A stretch of 64,000 bases of DNA, taken from positions 6,686,166 through 6,750,165 of the forward strand of contig OZ316896.1 of the NCBI GenBank assembly GCA_973895155.1, read 5' to 3'. The notes under the pieces are model-generated. The model was not told the DNA's origin and did not search any database. It saw only the letters and a program-made list of their open reading frames with translations. The stretch's first letter is position 1. Every line of letters begins with the position of its first letter. The stretch comes from Marsupella aquatica. Taxonomy: Eukaryota > Plantae > Marchantiophyta. Positions 47,628 to 61,159 of this stretch are shown one piece after another. The position numbers were made by a program, and so were the translations under genes.

Positions 47628-50449
47628 AGGTTCGGATCCTATGAATTTTTGGTTATGCCGTTCGGGTTGCAACCGCAACGTTCATGAAGATGATGAATAC
47701 AATCTTCCATGACTTGTTGGACCAAGGAGTGGTCATCTTTATTGACAATATCCTAATCTACTCAAAAACGTTGGAGGAGCATGAGTAGTTTCTCAGAGAA
47801 GTGTTCTCTCGCCTTCGTAAGGCTTGTCTCTTTGCTAAACCTAGCAAGTGCGAGTTTGCGATGAATGAGATTCAGTTCCTCGGCCATACCTTTACCCCGG
47901 AGGGGATAATGCCTAGTCAAGACAAGCTTAAAGAGATCAAAGAATGGGGGCGCCCATCCAATGTAAGGTAGGTTAGAGCCTTCTTAGGATTTATGGGGTT
48001 CTATCGGAGATACATGAAAGACTATGCAAGGATCGTGAGGCCCCTGAACGCACTAACATTGAAAAACAAGGTGTTTGTGTGGACACAGGATTGCAAGTTA
48101 GCATTCCTAGAACTTAAGCAACTAATGATAACGTTGTCGGTTCTTAAGTTACCTGAGATGGGGAAGCCGTTTGAGATTTGGACAGACGCAATTGATTATG
48201 CCATTGGCGCCTGTCTTCACCAAGATGGGGGTCCCGTGGCCTTTGAGTCATGCAAGTTGGAAAATTATTGGATCACACCGGAAAGGGAAATGTATGTAGT
48301 GATCTATGCATTGAAGAAGTGAGAGATTTACCCTGAAAACGGTCCCAAGGTGGTAATACACACAGATAGCTCGTTGGCCGGGTACTTCAGTTCTAAGCCA
48401 AGGCTGAACCCCAAAGAAATGCGCTGGCAAATGTTCTTGGCGGATTTCAATTTTGAATTCCGTTGCATTCTGGGAAGACAAACACGACAGCTGACGCGTT
48501 ATTGCGTAAGGACCATCATCGTGTCAATGGGATCACAATGCTTGAATCCTAGTGGCCAAAAGTTCTGGCTGAGGCGTATGGGGATGACAGGTTAGCTAAG
48601 GAATGGCAAAGCAATGGGGGTAGCCAAGGCAAGGTAAGGCACGTTTTGTTGGGGTTGGATACTACGCATAATGTCCAAGTATGGTGATACAAGCAGAGGC
48701 ATGTGTACATCCCAGAGTCCCTAAGATTAGAGGTTCTGCAAAAGTACCATGACTCGCCTTGGGGAGAACATGGCGGACAAGCTGCTATGTATCGCAGCAT
48801 GTCGCGAGATGTGTATTGGCCGGACATGAAGCAATCGGTCCTTTGCCACATGCAAAGTTGTTACTCGTGCCAAAAGAATCAAACGGTCTATAGGGCAAAA
48901 TGAGGACTTCTGCAACCCTTACCAGTAGCTACGGCTCCATGGGAGTCTATCTCCATGGACTTAATTGTTGGGTTACCTGAGTCCCACGGCAGTAACTCCA
49001 TCTTAACAATTGTGGATTGTTTTTCCAAGATGGCGTATTTCTTGCCGGCTACAAAAATGGTTTCGGCCCGAGAGGTTGTCGGTCTAGTGTTTGACAATGT
49101 CTTCTGACAATGGGGATTGCCATTGCATATCCTGTTCGACCGCGATACCAAGTTCACGGGCCATTTCTAAAAGGCGTTGTTCCGGTTATCCGGAATGGAC
49201 CTTACTAGGGGATCAGCGTATCATCACGAGATAGATGGCCAAACGGAACGGGTGAATGGAATCGTGGAGGAGTACTTGCATCACTTTGTGACGGCCAATC
49301 AAAATGATTGGGCAAAGCACTTAACAATGGTCGAGTTTAGGTATAAATTGACCAAGCATTCGGTGACGGAGTTTGTGCCATTTGTGTTGGCCATAGGGAG
49401 GACGCCAAGGGCGCCCTCCTGGTTCATAAATCCAGAAGCTTGGCGGACAGAAAGCAAGTTTCCTTTTGCGGAAGATTTTATTCGAGAGAGGCGCCTAGTT
49501 GTGGAAGCAACTACCAAGGGTATGACCCTTGCCCAAAGTCGGTACAAGGAGCAAGGGGATAAACATTGACGCTAGGTAAGCTTTGAAATTGGGGAGAGCG
49601 TCTGGTTGCAGTTGAGACCTGAGCAATACCACGGGAACATAAGTAGGAAGCTGGCTCCCAGATATGCGGGGCCCTATCGCATCATACGATGGACCCACAA
49701 GGATAATCCAGTTTTGGTGGTGTTGGAGACACCCAAGGAAATGGGCATGGGTAAAAGCTACCATGTTAGCCGGCTCAAGAAATTTGTCAAAGACAATGAT
49801 CCCAACCGGGATCAGGTCTTGCGTCCGGACGCCATGCTGGTGGAGGACGCAGAGGAGTTTGAGGTGGAGGCAATTATGGACCATTGTTACAAACGTAAGT
49901 TGGGAAGGCAAATCTTAGAGTATTTGGTGAAGTGGGCTGGCTATGATTAGGCCAAGAGTACTTGGGAACCGGAACAAAATTTGGGTAATGCCTCAGAGAT
50001 CCTTGGAAGCTATCGTAAGCGAAGCGGCCTACCGCCGTTGTGAACTGGTACAGGCAACTGTAGCTACCTTTGTGAGTTGTATCCTAGTTTCACTCCTCTC
50101 GGCCTCTTAAGGATAAAGTCGGATTGCGTTGGTGCTAGAGGTTGTTGGGCGGCCAATTTGCTTTATGCGAGTGGAAGTTGATGGTGCCCGCCTTACATCT
50201 GTGGGCGGGCTGGTTCAAACCAAAGGGGAGTACCCAAAGGGGAGGACAATGGGTCCAACGAGTTTGGAGTTAGCTTACCCGCTTGGACTGGCATCCTACT
50301 TGGATAAGTGGGATAGGTTGGAATTTCCTAAGTCTGGAATGCGCACACCAACCTGGTTTGCATCAGCCTTATGGGCAAACCATCTGTTACCTCATAAAAA
50401 ATTTAAGACCTCAAGTGGTCTAGGCATGCTGGAACGTTTACCGAGGTCA

Positions 50450-51080
50450 CGCAGATGTGACCATTTTTAAGGGGGGTCCAATCCAAAAAGTTCGGAATCC
50501 AAAAATGCTTGAGGCCAAAAAAATGGCTCACTTGCGATGTCATCAATGCTTACGTTGCTTTACTAGAACAAAGATCACAAACCCTTGCTTCACCCAAGAC
50601 CATGTTATTGCCAACACATTTTTACCAAGTGATGACAAGTCCAGAATATAATTTCAACGCAACGTTGGCATATTGGCAGGGCATAAAAATGTGGGACCAC
50701 GACTACGTTTTAATCCCCGTCTACCGGCCAAAACACTAGGTACTAGTTGTGGTTGATATTGTCTTGCGGCAACTACATTTACTTGATCCGCTTGTGCCCC
50801 AAGTACAAGATGGCACAGAAGTGTTGAATGTAGCTAAGTTTCTTGCGGACCTCTCCATCTTGCGGGGTCATCCCTTGTTATGTCCATTAGATCAAATGGC
50901 CACGCATTTACCGAGATAACATTCCAGGTCAAGAGGATGATTACGATTGTGGTGTACATATCATTATCTACATGGAGCATATTTCTAGAGGCGGTGTACT
51001 GACCTTGACCCTGCACTTATAGACATCATGCGGCAAAAGATTGTTGTGGACCTTGTCTGCCAGACAATTAGCATGTAGAG
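50450..51080 (+). pseudogene. Ulp1/SENP-like (peptidase C48) protease remnant
   Basis: LRPKKWLTCDVINAY...THFY...DYVLIPVYRPKH*VLVVVD...LLDPL...IPGQEDDYDCGV (His/Asp/Cys triad motifs); a stop replaces the W of HW. Confidence 0.8.
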
Positions 51081-51481
51081 ATGGAAGATGGAGACGCAGC
51101 CTAGTGGAACTTAGTTCAGAAAATTGAGATAGACAACATTGTTGTAACTATACAAAGCTTAATAAAAGTGTGTCATCCAAATGTTCTTAATGTTGTACAC
51201 GTTGCTCAGTATGTTTTCATCTCGATGAGCTCAGCCGAGATGGAACAACACTCCTAGGATATCTCAAAGAGGGCCGGGGACCAAGATGGTTAGAGAGGCA
51301 GCCGACATTACTAATTGTACGAACCGCACAACCCAAAACAATGTCGAAGTGGACGCCGACATAGGGTTTGACTGCAGGTGTGAATTAAGTCCATGTCGGT
51401 GGCATCGCTGAGTTTCGGGCGCGGACTGATATCAGTGACTGATGAAAGTCACTGATAACTGATGAAGTTGTGTACCCCATT

Positions 51482-53967
51482 CCTTTGACGATGCTTAATA
51501 CTATATACAAGCTGATAGCTAAGATTCTGGCACTGAGGCTGAAGCTGATTCTGCCCAAATTGATAAGCCCGCAACAAATTGGATTTATTCCAGGCATAAA
51601 TATTCTAGAGAATATCTCAGTGGCCTGGCTTACTAGTGATTGGGTTAGGAATCGTAGACAGGAATCACTTTTTCTGAAGCTGGACTTTGAAAAAGCATTT
51701 GACCGGGTGAAACACATGTACATCTGGGAAACGATGCATTTGCTTGGCATTAGTAGGCATTTTATTTCATTGGTGCAAGCTTTACTGGGGGATGCCACCT
51801 CACAGGTGTATGTAAATGGGATGCTTTCAAGAGACATTGGTCTGAGACGAGGCGTCCGGCAGGGCTGTCCACTGTCACCATTACTTTTTGTAATATCTAC
51901 TCAGCCCCTAATGGATTTTATGGATGCGGAGTTGGCAGGAGGCCAACTTATGGGGATACGGATCTCTGCAGCGCTTACGGTATGCTATCGACTATTTGCT
52001 AATGATTTGGGAATGTTTATTCCGGCTACTGAGACTGGCTTCCAACTAGCAATTGTTGTATTGAATTGCTATGAAACTGCTACTGGAGCTAGGTTGAATT
52101 TACAGAAATTGATGGTGATTCCAATGGCAATGGAGAGTATACTTGATTGGTTGAGGGCGACTGGCTGTATCATCACTGCTAGGGGAGAGCTACAGAAATA
52201 CATGGGGGCTCCGCTAGGAATAGATCTAAAGACTGAACAACTTCACTGGTTCTGCCTGGATAAGATTGGTTCCAGACTCTCCTCATGGGCTAACAAGCTA
52301 CTTTCATTCACTGGGAGATCCCTTTTAGTTAGACATGTTCTAAAAGCAATCCCGATTTACCACACTGTTTCTGAAGGCCTCCGTTGGATTGGCAAGAAAA
52401 CTAACAACACTCTGCAGGGACTTTCTATGGGGGTACAATTCGGAAGGGGGAAGGAAGGTTCCTTTGGTATCTTGGGCTAGAATGGCACGACCTCGAATGG
52501 AAGGTGGACTTGGGTTCAAGGATTTTAGAAGTCACTCGGATGCCTTGTTGTCGAAGTGGTTCACACGTACGCTTGACTGTCCAACATCAGAGTGGGCTCG
52601 CCTGTTTGAAGCTAACTTGAATATGATAAGTTGGGAGAGCTACAAAGTGATACGTAGGAACCAGTGTACTTTTAAGGATAAACTATGGTTGTGCACCCCC
52701 CATTCGCTGCAAGGACTATCATATACGGGTTGATTATGGAGGGTCTGGGCTGAACTACATTCTCACCTGATTTTTGTGCCCAGGGGGAGGATTCCAGGCA
52801 GATGGAGTATAGGGGACACTTTACGATGCTTGAAAGGATGTCAAGCTTGGTCCAATGATGACTTTAGGATAGTAGTGGAGATATGTGGCAGGTTAGGCAT
52901 AAAGTGCATTCAGAATCTATGGAGCAATGCGCTCGGTGAATGGAGAGACAGAACTGAAAGATGGGATCACATCAGAGGATTCTCTCTGATTCATATGGAC
53001 AAGTGCAGGGAATTTACAGAGATACTACAGGCAATTCACTCCTGTGAGTTCAATTTTGAACCTGGACCGGTATGTTGGAGATGGGCTGATAAACCAGAGG
53101 TCCTTAAGGAATTTAAACTTACCAACATTCGTGCTTACCAATTGCTACATCTGCTGAATGAGGATCATGAGAGTCTGAACCGCACCTGGGGAACAAGGAA
53201 GATGGCGGAGGAATGGAGAGAGGGCTGGGCAGGGCTGAGGAGATTGGATTTGTCCACACGAGCTAAGACATTTTTGTGGCGGGTGCTGGCATCTGGGCTC
53301 TTTTCAGGTGTTAGGGCAGCTCGTATAGGCAAGGGTACTGGGCACTGTAAGCTCTGCCCTGGAGAAAGTGAATCGCTTCCTCACTTATTTATGCAATGCT
53401 TACATGCTAGGAAATGTTGGGCAGTATGTGTTGGTGGCTTCGGTGGTATGTTTGCAGATTACTCGGTCGGATTGATTGGGCTGATCGATTATGCGACTGG
53501 TCGGGAACCAGGAAAGATAGTGAGAATGTTTATTCTTTACCAGATACTGCGGCAGCTATGGACCGGAAGAAATGAGCATATGTTTCAGACAGATGGAATC
53601 TGTAGATTCGACTTTAGATTTGTGCTTTCGGAGGCTGCAGACCATGTCTCTGCTGTGGGTTTGGGACTCCCACATAATAGACAATACACTAGGTTACTTA
53701 GAGCACGTGAAATGATGAACTGTGAAAGAGTGAGGTGGCTTAGCCGGAGGGATGGATGGGTGACTTCGGTTACCCGGCCCTAGTTTGGTTCGTTGTCATT
53801 TTGAGTATCTTTTTCTCTGGCCTTGAGGGATTGTGTTTCCCCCCTTGATTGACGGGGGGTGGGGTATTGGTCGCCATTACTCTGTTTGATTGGCTGGTGC
53901 TGCTGGCTTTCCCGTGCCACGGGGTTTTCGTGGCGTTCAAAATTTATAAAAATTAAAATATTCCAAG
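51482..53967 (+). mobile_element. 5'-truncated L1-clade LINE (RT plus zf-RVT), related to 10818-13209
   Basis: ORFs 51470-53783. 18-bp TSD GAAGTTGTGTACCCCATT at 51464-51481 and 53968-53985. Confidence 0.94.
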
Positions 53968-54418
53968 GAAGTTGTGTACCCCATTGTTCTAACATAGTAA
54001 CACTCAGTGAATGCAAAATAATGCCTTTCCCTTTGCATGTTGTTTCTTGTACAACTCCCGCGCCTTCTATAAGGTGTCCTCAACATTGGTTACAAAAATG
54101 TTGAGGTCTTCCACAACTTGGAAGCATCTGATGAATCTAGCAGTGTCGATCGTGACGGATTTCTCCCCACTTGCTCTCAAGAGACTTTTGTGTTCTGCAC
54201 TTTGTTCCTCTTGTAGTGCTCTCCCACTCTTTGCCAAAAAGAATCCTTCTTCTGGCCAAAACCTACAAAAGGATCTTGTGAGATGTCAAGGTAGCTAAAA
54301 CACAGCTGTTTCAACTCTAGAGTACTAAAAAAAATTCCTTCTCTAGATAGCCATGTGTACTAACAGATGATCCTTGTGCAAAGTGTCAAACTAATGTGAG
54401 CATGGACCACATGTAGAA

Positions 54419-54421
<3 letters not shown>

Positions 54422-54458
<37 letters not shown>
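54422..54458 (+). repeat. (GA)n microsatellite
   Basis: Read directly; ~670 bp upstream of the NDC1 start. Confidence 0.95.
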
Positions 54459-54462
<4 letters not shown>

Positions 54463-55127
54463 ATGCACATCGTGGCTCTGATGCATCTCAGGTCTCCCCA
54501 CCCGAATGTTGATGGTCCCCTACAGCAGCTCATGGCGGGGAGGGAGTAGTGAACAGAGGCAGCACTACCAACATTGATTAGTTTTGGCAGAGAAGGCAAA
54601 AAAGTTTTGGCACCCTGGAAAAGCCGAAAAGTGGGGTAGGGAAATGTTGTTTTGAGGTGCCCCTATAATTGTTAGGGGATTCGGTGGTGGACGGGTGCGA
54701 GCGCGAAAATGCTGCTGGCCTGGATATTTGGGGGATTTGGTATCCAGCATTTTGCAACCACCGATGCGGTAGCTCTTACACTTCTTATCGAAACTATCCG
54801 GACGTTATAAAATTCCTCTGTCCGCGTGTGTCAGTCAAACGTTTGTATCCATCGGAGCGTCCACTTCCATAAACAATACACGCGAGGTCTTACCCGAGCC
54901 TTGCCCTTAGACACGTAGTGTGATTGAACGCCACGGGAGATGGTGGGCGATTCGTGGGAGGAAAACGAGGAGCAAAGGATTAAATGGATGAATGAAAAGG
55001 CCGTATGAATTTTATATTTGTAAAGGCGGTTTGGCCAAGGATAGCAGATGCTAGGTGGTGCATGCTGCGCTAGACGAGGTAACAATTTCGGAAAGGCGAA
55101 ATTCATCCATCTTTTTGTGCTAAGAGA

Positions 55128-58100
55128 ATGGCGAGCACCACATGCGCATCCCGGAGTATTTCGAAAACTGTTGCTGATGCCATTTTTACCGCTACTGCAA
55201 GTGGAAATGGTAACATCTCCGCAGGGACGGTGCTGAATGGAGGAGTGACACCCGGAAATGTGCCTCGTCTTGGTATGAAGCTGGAGCGAAGAACGATAAA
55301 GAGCTGGGGCGCTAGTTTCTTCTGTCCTAACACGAATCTCGGCGTCAGTGCTAGTTTCTGTGGAAGGAGAGGACTGCAGTCGATAAAAGCCTTTGCTCTC
55401 GATGGGCAGTTCAGTCAAGCCGGAGAAGATTTTGCTCGAGCCGAGGACGAGCCGGTGAAGTCATTCCAATGGCCGGATCCCAAGGTTGGTTGAGTTCCTG
55501 GGCCTTCAAGTGTGCATGGTTTGTGGAGAGCTGACACGCCACGTCTAGCTGAGTTGCGGCATGATTAAGCTGTGTTCGGTGAATGACAGTTGTCGTTCCA
55601 AACAGCGTTAAATGTTTGGATTAATTTGAACACATGAACTTCCGATACCTGACTAGCAGGGTAAGTGAAAATGCTGTTTGCAAGCCAAGCAGTACACCGT
55701 CTGGGAGGTTTCGATTTTTAAAGATGTCAGTTTACACGAAATGATGAGTGCAAAATGATTTGAAGTTCCTGGCATCTGGTGCTGTAGAATCCAAGGATTT
55801 GCATTCTAGGAGGGGGATTTGGAGGGCTGTACACAGCTCTGCGCCTCGAGTCTTTGACCTGGGCCCCTGACAAGCGACCACAGGTACAATCCCTATAGAA
55901 GTTAAGTGAAATTTGAAGGAAAATTTTTGCACGGCTGCCTCTCGACTTGGTGCCACAAGGAACTCTTTTAGTTTTTATCAATTGCCACTAGTCCTAAGGA
56001 GAGTATGTCGATCTTCCGTATCTGTAACACTGACAGACACCGAGCAGACCTCATCTCGCAGTTTTCTTTGTAGAGAGTGGGTAACCCGGCCGCTTAGATG
56101 ACATTACGGATGGGAAGCTGGAGCACACCTGCCACAAAAACTCTTTTCAGAAGTCAGCAGTCAGTTGTCGGTGTAGTTGTTGAGAGTATCCTTCCTTCAA
56201 AATCTAGTTATTGTACCTGAATAAGTCTTGTGCTTCCCGTGCGCCTTTGTTGTATTCGATGAATAAACGGATGATTGTATGTTAAGCTGTTGCCTTGATC
56301 TGAACTCGGTACATTTTAATTATGTTTAAATGTCTTGCAGGTGCTATTAATTGATCAATCAGATCGCTTCGTCTTCAAGCCTATGCTTTACGAGATTCTG
56401 TCTAAAGGTTTCTTATAATGCAACAGTACTTTTAAGAACTTAGGAGGGAGAAGTCCGCTTAGTGCACGATGCACGAACTCTCTTAATTTTGTTTCTGTTT
56501 ATCTGAATTATATCTGGAAATTGATATTCACGCACGGATGTGCTTCTACTGAATGTGCAGAAGTAGAGGAGTGGGAGATTGCTCCAACCTTTGCAGAGCT
56601 GTTGTCCAACACAAGCGTTAAGTTTATCGAAGATACTGTGAAGGCTGTATCACCATATAGTTCTCTAACAGCTACAAGCAAGAGCGCTGGGGGCACTGTG
56701 TTCCTTGATGGTGGTGATCAGGTTGATTACGATTGGTGAGAAGCTCATATTTGTGTCGTCGTATTTAGTTTGATGCAATGCCTCCGTTTTGTTTGGGGCA
56801 GGAAGAGTTATGTTGATGTTACTTGGTTTGACAACGCTAATGTTGTTAGGATCGGCCGAGTGATGGCAAGGCCGAATGTTGTTCAAATTAATGCTTTGGC
56901 GCAACGAACTTTAGGCGAAGTTGTAACGTGCAAAGATAGATGTGGGTAGTGTCGAGAGCGAACTTCAGATCGTGAATGTCTGCTCAGCCATTCAACTTTG
57001 TAAAACTGCAGCAATGAGATGTCAAGGCAAGCAAGGTTTGTTTGAATTTATAGTTTCAGGGTTAGATGGGATTACTATGGACAACCAATGTTTTTAAGGT
57101 CTCCCGGAAAATAATCACCGGACTGAATGCTAATACCTCCCTCTATACTGATCTGATGGAGGGCCAGGCTTGTTTTAGCACTCGGTGCTGAGAGCAAATT
57201 AAATCTTGTTCCTGGTGCTTTGGAGTTTGCTCTCCCTTTCAGTACTCTCAAGGATGCGTTGGTTAGTTTGCTACCCACTACACTGTCACTTCCCTGTAAT
57301 GTCTGCAACTAGGGCCAGCAACTCTTGGCATACAGCACATTATATCTTGTAAAGGGCTGCAGTCTCGGAGAACGTGAACTCACTTTGGAAGCCTCCCAGG
57401 ATGTGGACAGAAGGTTAGTTGCACTGGAGCGGGAGAGATTTGCGGTGGAAGATAATCCAATTGAGGTCATTATTGTTGGATCAGGGTACTGTGGTGTTGA
57501 GCTTGCAGCAACTCTGGCTGAAAGGCTTGGAAAGAAGGGCAAGGTACAGATCGTGGATCCAAATCCGAACATATGTGCATCAGCGCCTGCCGGTAATCGA
57601 GAAGCTGCGTCACGGGTAAGTTTTATCCATTGATCCATCCAAACGTCGTCCATAACTGTGGAAAGCACTGTTTGCCACAGATCTAGAGTGCTTGTTGAAG
57701 TCTTCACTAAGTCAGCGTCTTTCATCTATGGACTCAATTGAACAAACGACCTGAATCCAAAGCATATACAAGCTGGACAACAATCGACCTGTAACAAATC
57801 TAGTTTCACTGGAGTGTTGATTCCAGGTACTGCTGTCAAGGGCGGTGCAGCTGGAACTAGGTTACTTTGTGACAAATATAAAGGAATCGTTGCACAGTGG
57901 AACGAATGATGGAGAAAATGGCATTACGTCTCATCCTCAGAGGAAATTAATCGTGGACTTAAAGCTGGCAACTCAACGTCAAACTCGCGGAAACACAGGT
58001 GGGAGGCAGGTCACAGCTGACCTTGTCCTCTGGACAGTAGGGAGTAAGGCTACGGTTCCTTCTGGACCAAACACTGATTACGCAGTGTTTCCTGTTAATG

Positions 58101-59953
58101 GACGAAGTCAGGCGGATACTGACGAGAATCTGAGGGTGAAGGGGCATCCTCGGATATTTGCAATAGGAGACTCTGCTGGTTCGAAGGACGGCTCCGGCAG
58201 GCTCCTTCCAACTACTGCCCAGGTATTGATTAGCTTCTTTCCCATTCTATGCGTTACGTCATGAAAATTAGGAAGAACCTTCTGTGCTTCCAATTTCTTA
58301 CTTCCATGCGGCAGGATGGTCGTACTTGGTTTCTAACCAATTATGTTGGATATACTTCTAAACTGGGAGGCTCTTCAACTCTCTTCGTTCAGTTTGTGCT
58401 AGTTTCCTTGGGATGAATTCTGCATGACGAGTTCCACTGAGGATGTATTTGGTGGCATCTCAGGTCGCCTTTCAACAGGCAGATTATGTTGGATGGAATT
58501 TATGGGCTGCCATCAATGATCGACCACTTCTACCTTTCAGGTTTTTAAAGCCTGCATGTTGTGTTGTTTCTGTTCATTCATGCCTTAGCCAGTTTAGAGA
58601 TAATGAAATTGGTTGAGGATGGGACAGAAGTCAGTCGTTTTGGTGGTTTAATTTATTCTATTGAAGATTTAGCCATACATGAAATAGTTGTGATAGATCT
58701 CAACGATGATGTGTCAGTAGAATATTTCTCAGCTGCTCCCAAAAGACTTCATCCCCCAGGACTGGAGATTTATGTGTACTGCCCTAGATAATAATGTCCT
58801 CGGTTGGCCAGGCAGCGTCCTGAAAGAGCCTAATGGCAAAGTAAGATCAAGCCCCCAGCTTAACAGATTTACTTTTAGGTCTAGTCTAGGGTCATTTCTT
58901 ACCCAGATTCTGAAATCGTGTTACAGGAGGTGACGAGTAGCTGGCTTATGGAGAAATTCCACTTTTCTAAATCCCTCATCATCTACAATGTCCGAGAGAC
59001 CTTGAATGATCGGAATTTACGAACTCTGTCCTGGCTGTCTCTATTGACCGTGCGAGGGTTTGGAACTGATTTTCAAATCGATAGTCTAATCAAGTGTAAA
59101 TATGCGACTGTTGTACCTGCTCATGTATGAACTCACAACTGCTATGGATGGTCATATTATTCTAAGCTCAGAAATTTCATGCGTAGGTATCAACATTTGG
59201 GTGAGATGATGACCCTTGGAACAACTGATGCTGCCGTTACTCTGGGCTTTGTGGACAATGTGACATTAGATGGCCTTCTCGGACACACCGGTATAGTTGC
59301 CGCAAGACCTTAAACGTGCCTCGTGATTTGGAATTTTAAAGCATGCTGCTACAACCAATGTGAATATCGTTTTTACAGATTTTGAAGCCAGAAATTACCA
59401 AGGAAACGCTTTAGAAATGAAACTCTTGATCAGATTCTGAACAGTGTCCATTGTAAGTTCTCGGAAGTGATTGTGGATCTTTAGCCCGGACAGTACTCTA
59501 AACCCTTTTGGACACAACTCGTATCTGTTCCAAGTCTTTTTGTTTTGTTAAACGAAAACAGGGACGGCGATATGCAGAGTTCCCTGAACCTAGAACTTCA
59601 ATCCAGGTTTAGGGGGATTCTGGAAGTAAAATGACGGACAAAAGTTAGGTTCTCTTCAGTAGAAATTGGTTTTCGGCACATTTTGAAAACTTGAGAGGCG
59701 ACTGGGTCTATGGAATATATCAAAATAGCTGCCACAGTAGTTTTCTTTCACCTTTAACGCCTTTGCCATGAAATGTTTACTCTCACGTTCCTTGTCTCGT
59801 AATCCATCCTGAACCGTTTTGTGTGCAGCAAGGAAGCTAGCATATTTGTACCGACTCCCGAAAGACGATCACAAAGTCAAAGTTGCCCTCAGCTGGCTTG
59901 CCAAATCAACACTAAACTCGTTCTCTTTCATCCAAGACCAGTTGAAGGGATAA
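55128..59953 (+). CDS. NDC1: alternative NAD(P)H:quinone oxidoreductase C1 (type II NDH), 10 exons
   Basis: SFQWPDPK|NPRICILGGGFGGLYTALRLESL; FVFKPMLYEIL; EWEIAP; IVGSGYCGVELAATLAERL; ADLVLWTVG; IFAIGD; TAQVAFQQAD; YQHLGEMMTLG; RKLAYLYRLP. GT-AG introns; TAA at 59951-59953. Confidence 0.96.
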
Positions 59954-60351
59954 GCTCTTGATCCTCAGCAACTGTCCATGAGGCTGCTGTCCAACTGTCC
60001 ATGAGCAACTTCCAATTGTCCGGAGCTCTATTATCAATTGCAAACACACAAGACTGTTAATTTTTGTGAAGCAGCACCACCTTGCAGTTTCTCCGGATGT
60101 TTGAACGTGAAGTTAGGTCAGCTGACTTGGGCCAGCAACCCAACTGTCCTTGAACTGTAGCTCTCGGCTAGTGAAGCAGCTCCTCTTCTAGATTCTTTCT
60201 TTGTGCTGAATAGCTTTGCTTTCACAAAGATTGCTGATATATAATCCGAGAGCAGTACCAGTGGGAGAAACCACAGCAGAATGTTAAGAGAAAAACAAAA
60301 TAAATTCACAGTACAACGGGAGCCATTCTGTGTACACAAAATGAAAGAAGT

Positions 60352-60616
60352 CATCCGGTGTGATTTGAAATACTGGATCTGAGCAATTTTTTAATGTTTT
60401 CTCTGATGCCACTGACTGTACTTCCTGATTTAATTGGTATTGATGTACCTAGTAAACAAAAGATTGTTATAGAAATGGCCACTACATCCGGTGTGATATG
60501 AAATACTGGATCTGAGCAATTTTTATTTTTTCTCTGATGCCACTGACTGTACATCCTGATTTAATTGGTATTGATGTACCTAGTAAACAAAAGATTGTTA
60601 TAGAAATGGCCACTAC
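60352..60616 (+). repeat. near-perfect ~133-bp tandem duplication downstream of NDC1
   Basis: catccggtgtgat...gaaatggccactaca occurs twice. Confidence 0.9.
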
Positions 60617-61159
60617 ACCTTCGGGACCCTTATTCTTCCCTTATTCTTTTCTGTAACTTCCGAACAGTTTTGACCAATCTGTCAGGATTGAGTTCTCAGG
60701 GCCGTGGATCAGGACCTCGGAAACCTGGGTTTCCATTGCGGTTGACAGCTCTGTTCAGGTTCCCACACTCACGGAGGTAATAGAGCTAAAGAATGAAAAA
60801 TTCAAGCAACGAAGGCTGATTGCGGAGCTTCAATCTCAGACTCAAGAGAGTGGCAAGCAATTCTTATTGCTTACATCGTGTTTTCAAGATATGTAGAAGA
60901 CTCTGTCCCCTGAAAAATGAGTAGTGCACCAATGAATCTCACCAAGATAGGACAGGAAAACCCCTGGTTTCTTTCGCCAATCCTGTAAGCTTGCAACATT
61001 TAGGGCTCATGCACTTATTGTACTTGACGAAAGGAAGTGACTACCTCAGTGATGTTCTCCTTCTCTATCTCAGGCAAACCTGAGATCTTCCAGTCGTTGG
61101 CTCTTGCTTGCTGCTCCCTTTTCTCCTCATTAGCTTCTTTTCTCACCTTCTCTTGGATT

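Larger units (their letters stand above)
43199..50043 (+). pseudogene. chromovirus gag-pol, with stops, frameshifts and two insertions
   Basis: ORF pieces 43261-45916 and 47993-49950. Confidence 0.9.
41504..50300 (+). mobile_element. chromodomain-bearing Ty3/gypsy (chromovirus) with AGT...ACT LTR; 3' LTR not seen
   Basis: 5' LTR 41504-42983 and PBS-like tggtatgagggc. Gag with CFTCGAMGHQSEDC, protease LVDAGAT, RT ([17 protein letters not shown]), RNase H, INT (GQTERVN), chromodomain (FEVEAI...EYLVKWAGY..STWEP). Stop at 50043; right end approximate. Confidence 0.92.

Noticed and set aside
51439-51470. CTGATGA...GAAA as a hammerhead ribozyme core
   Set aside because: CTGATGA overlaps the GAAA with no stem II, and no stem III/UH site is present. 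Other CTGATGA hits (e.g. ~7398, ~13785) also lack the fold.
54206-54218. CTCTTGTAGTG as a CACTA right terminus for the Ulp1 segment
   Set aside because: No matching left TIR or TSD found and no subterminal repeats adjacent; may be chance.
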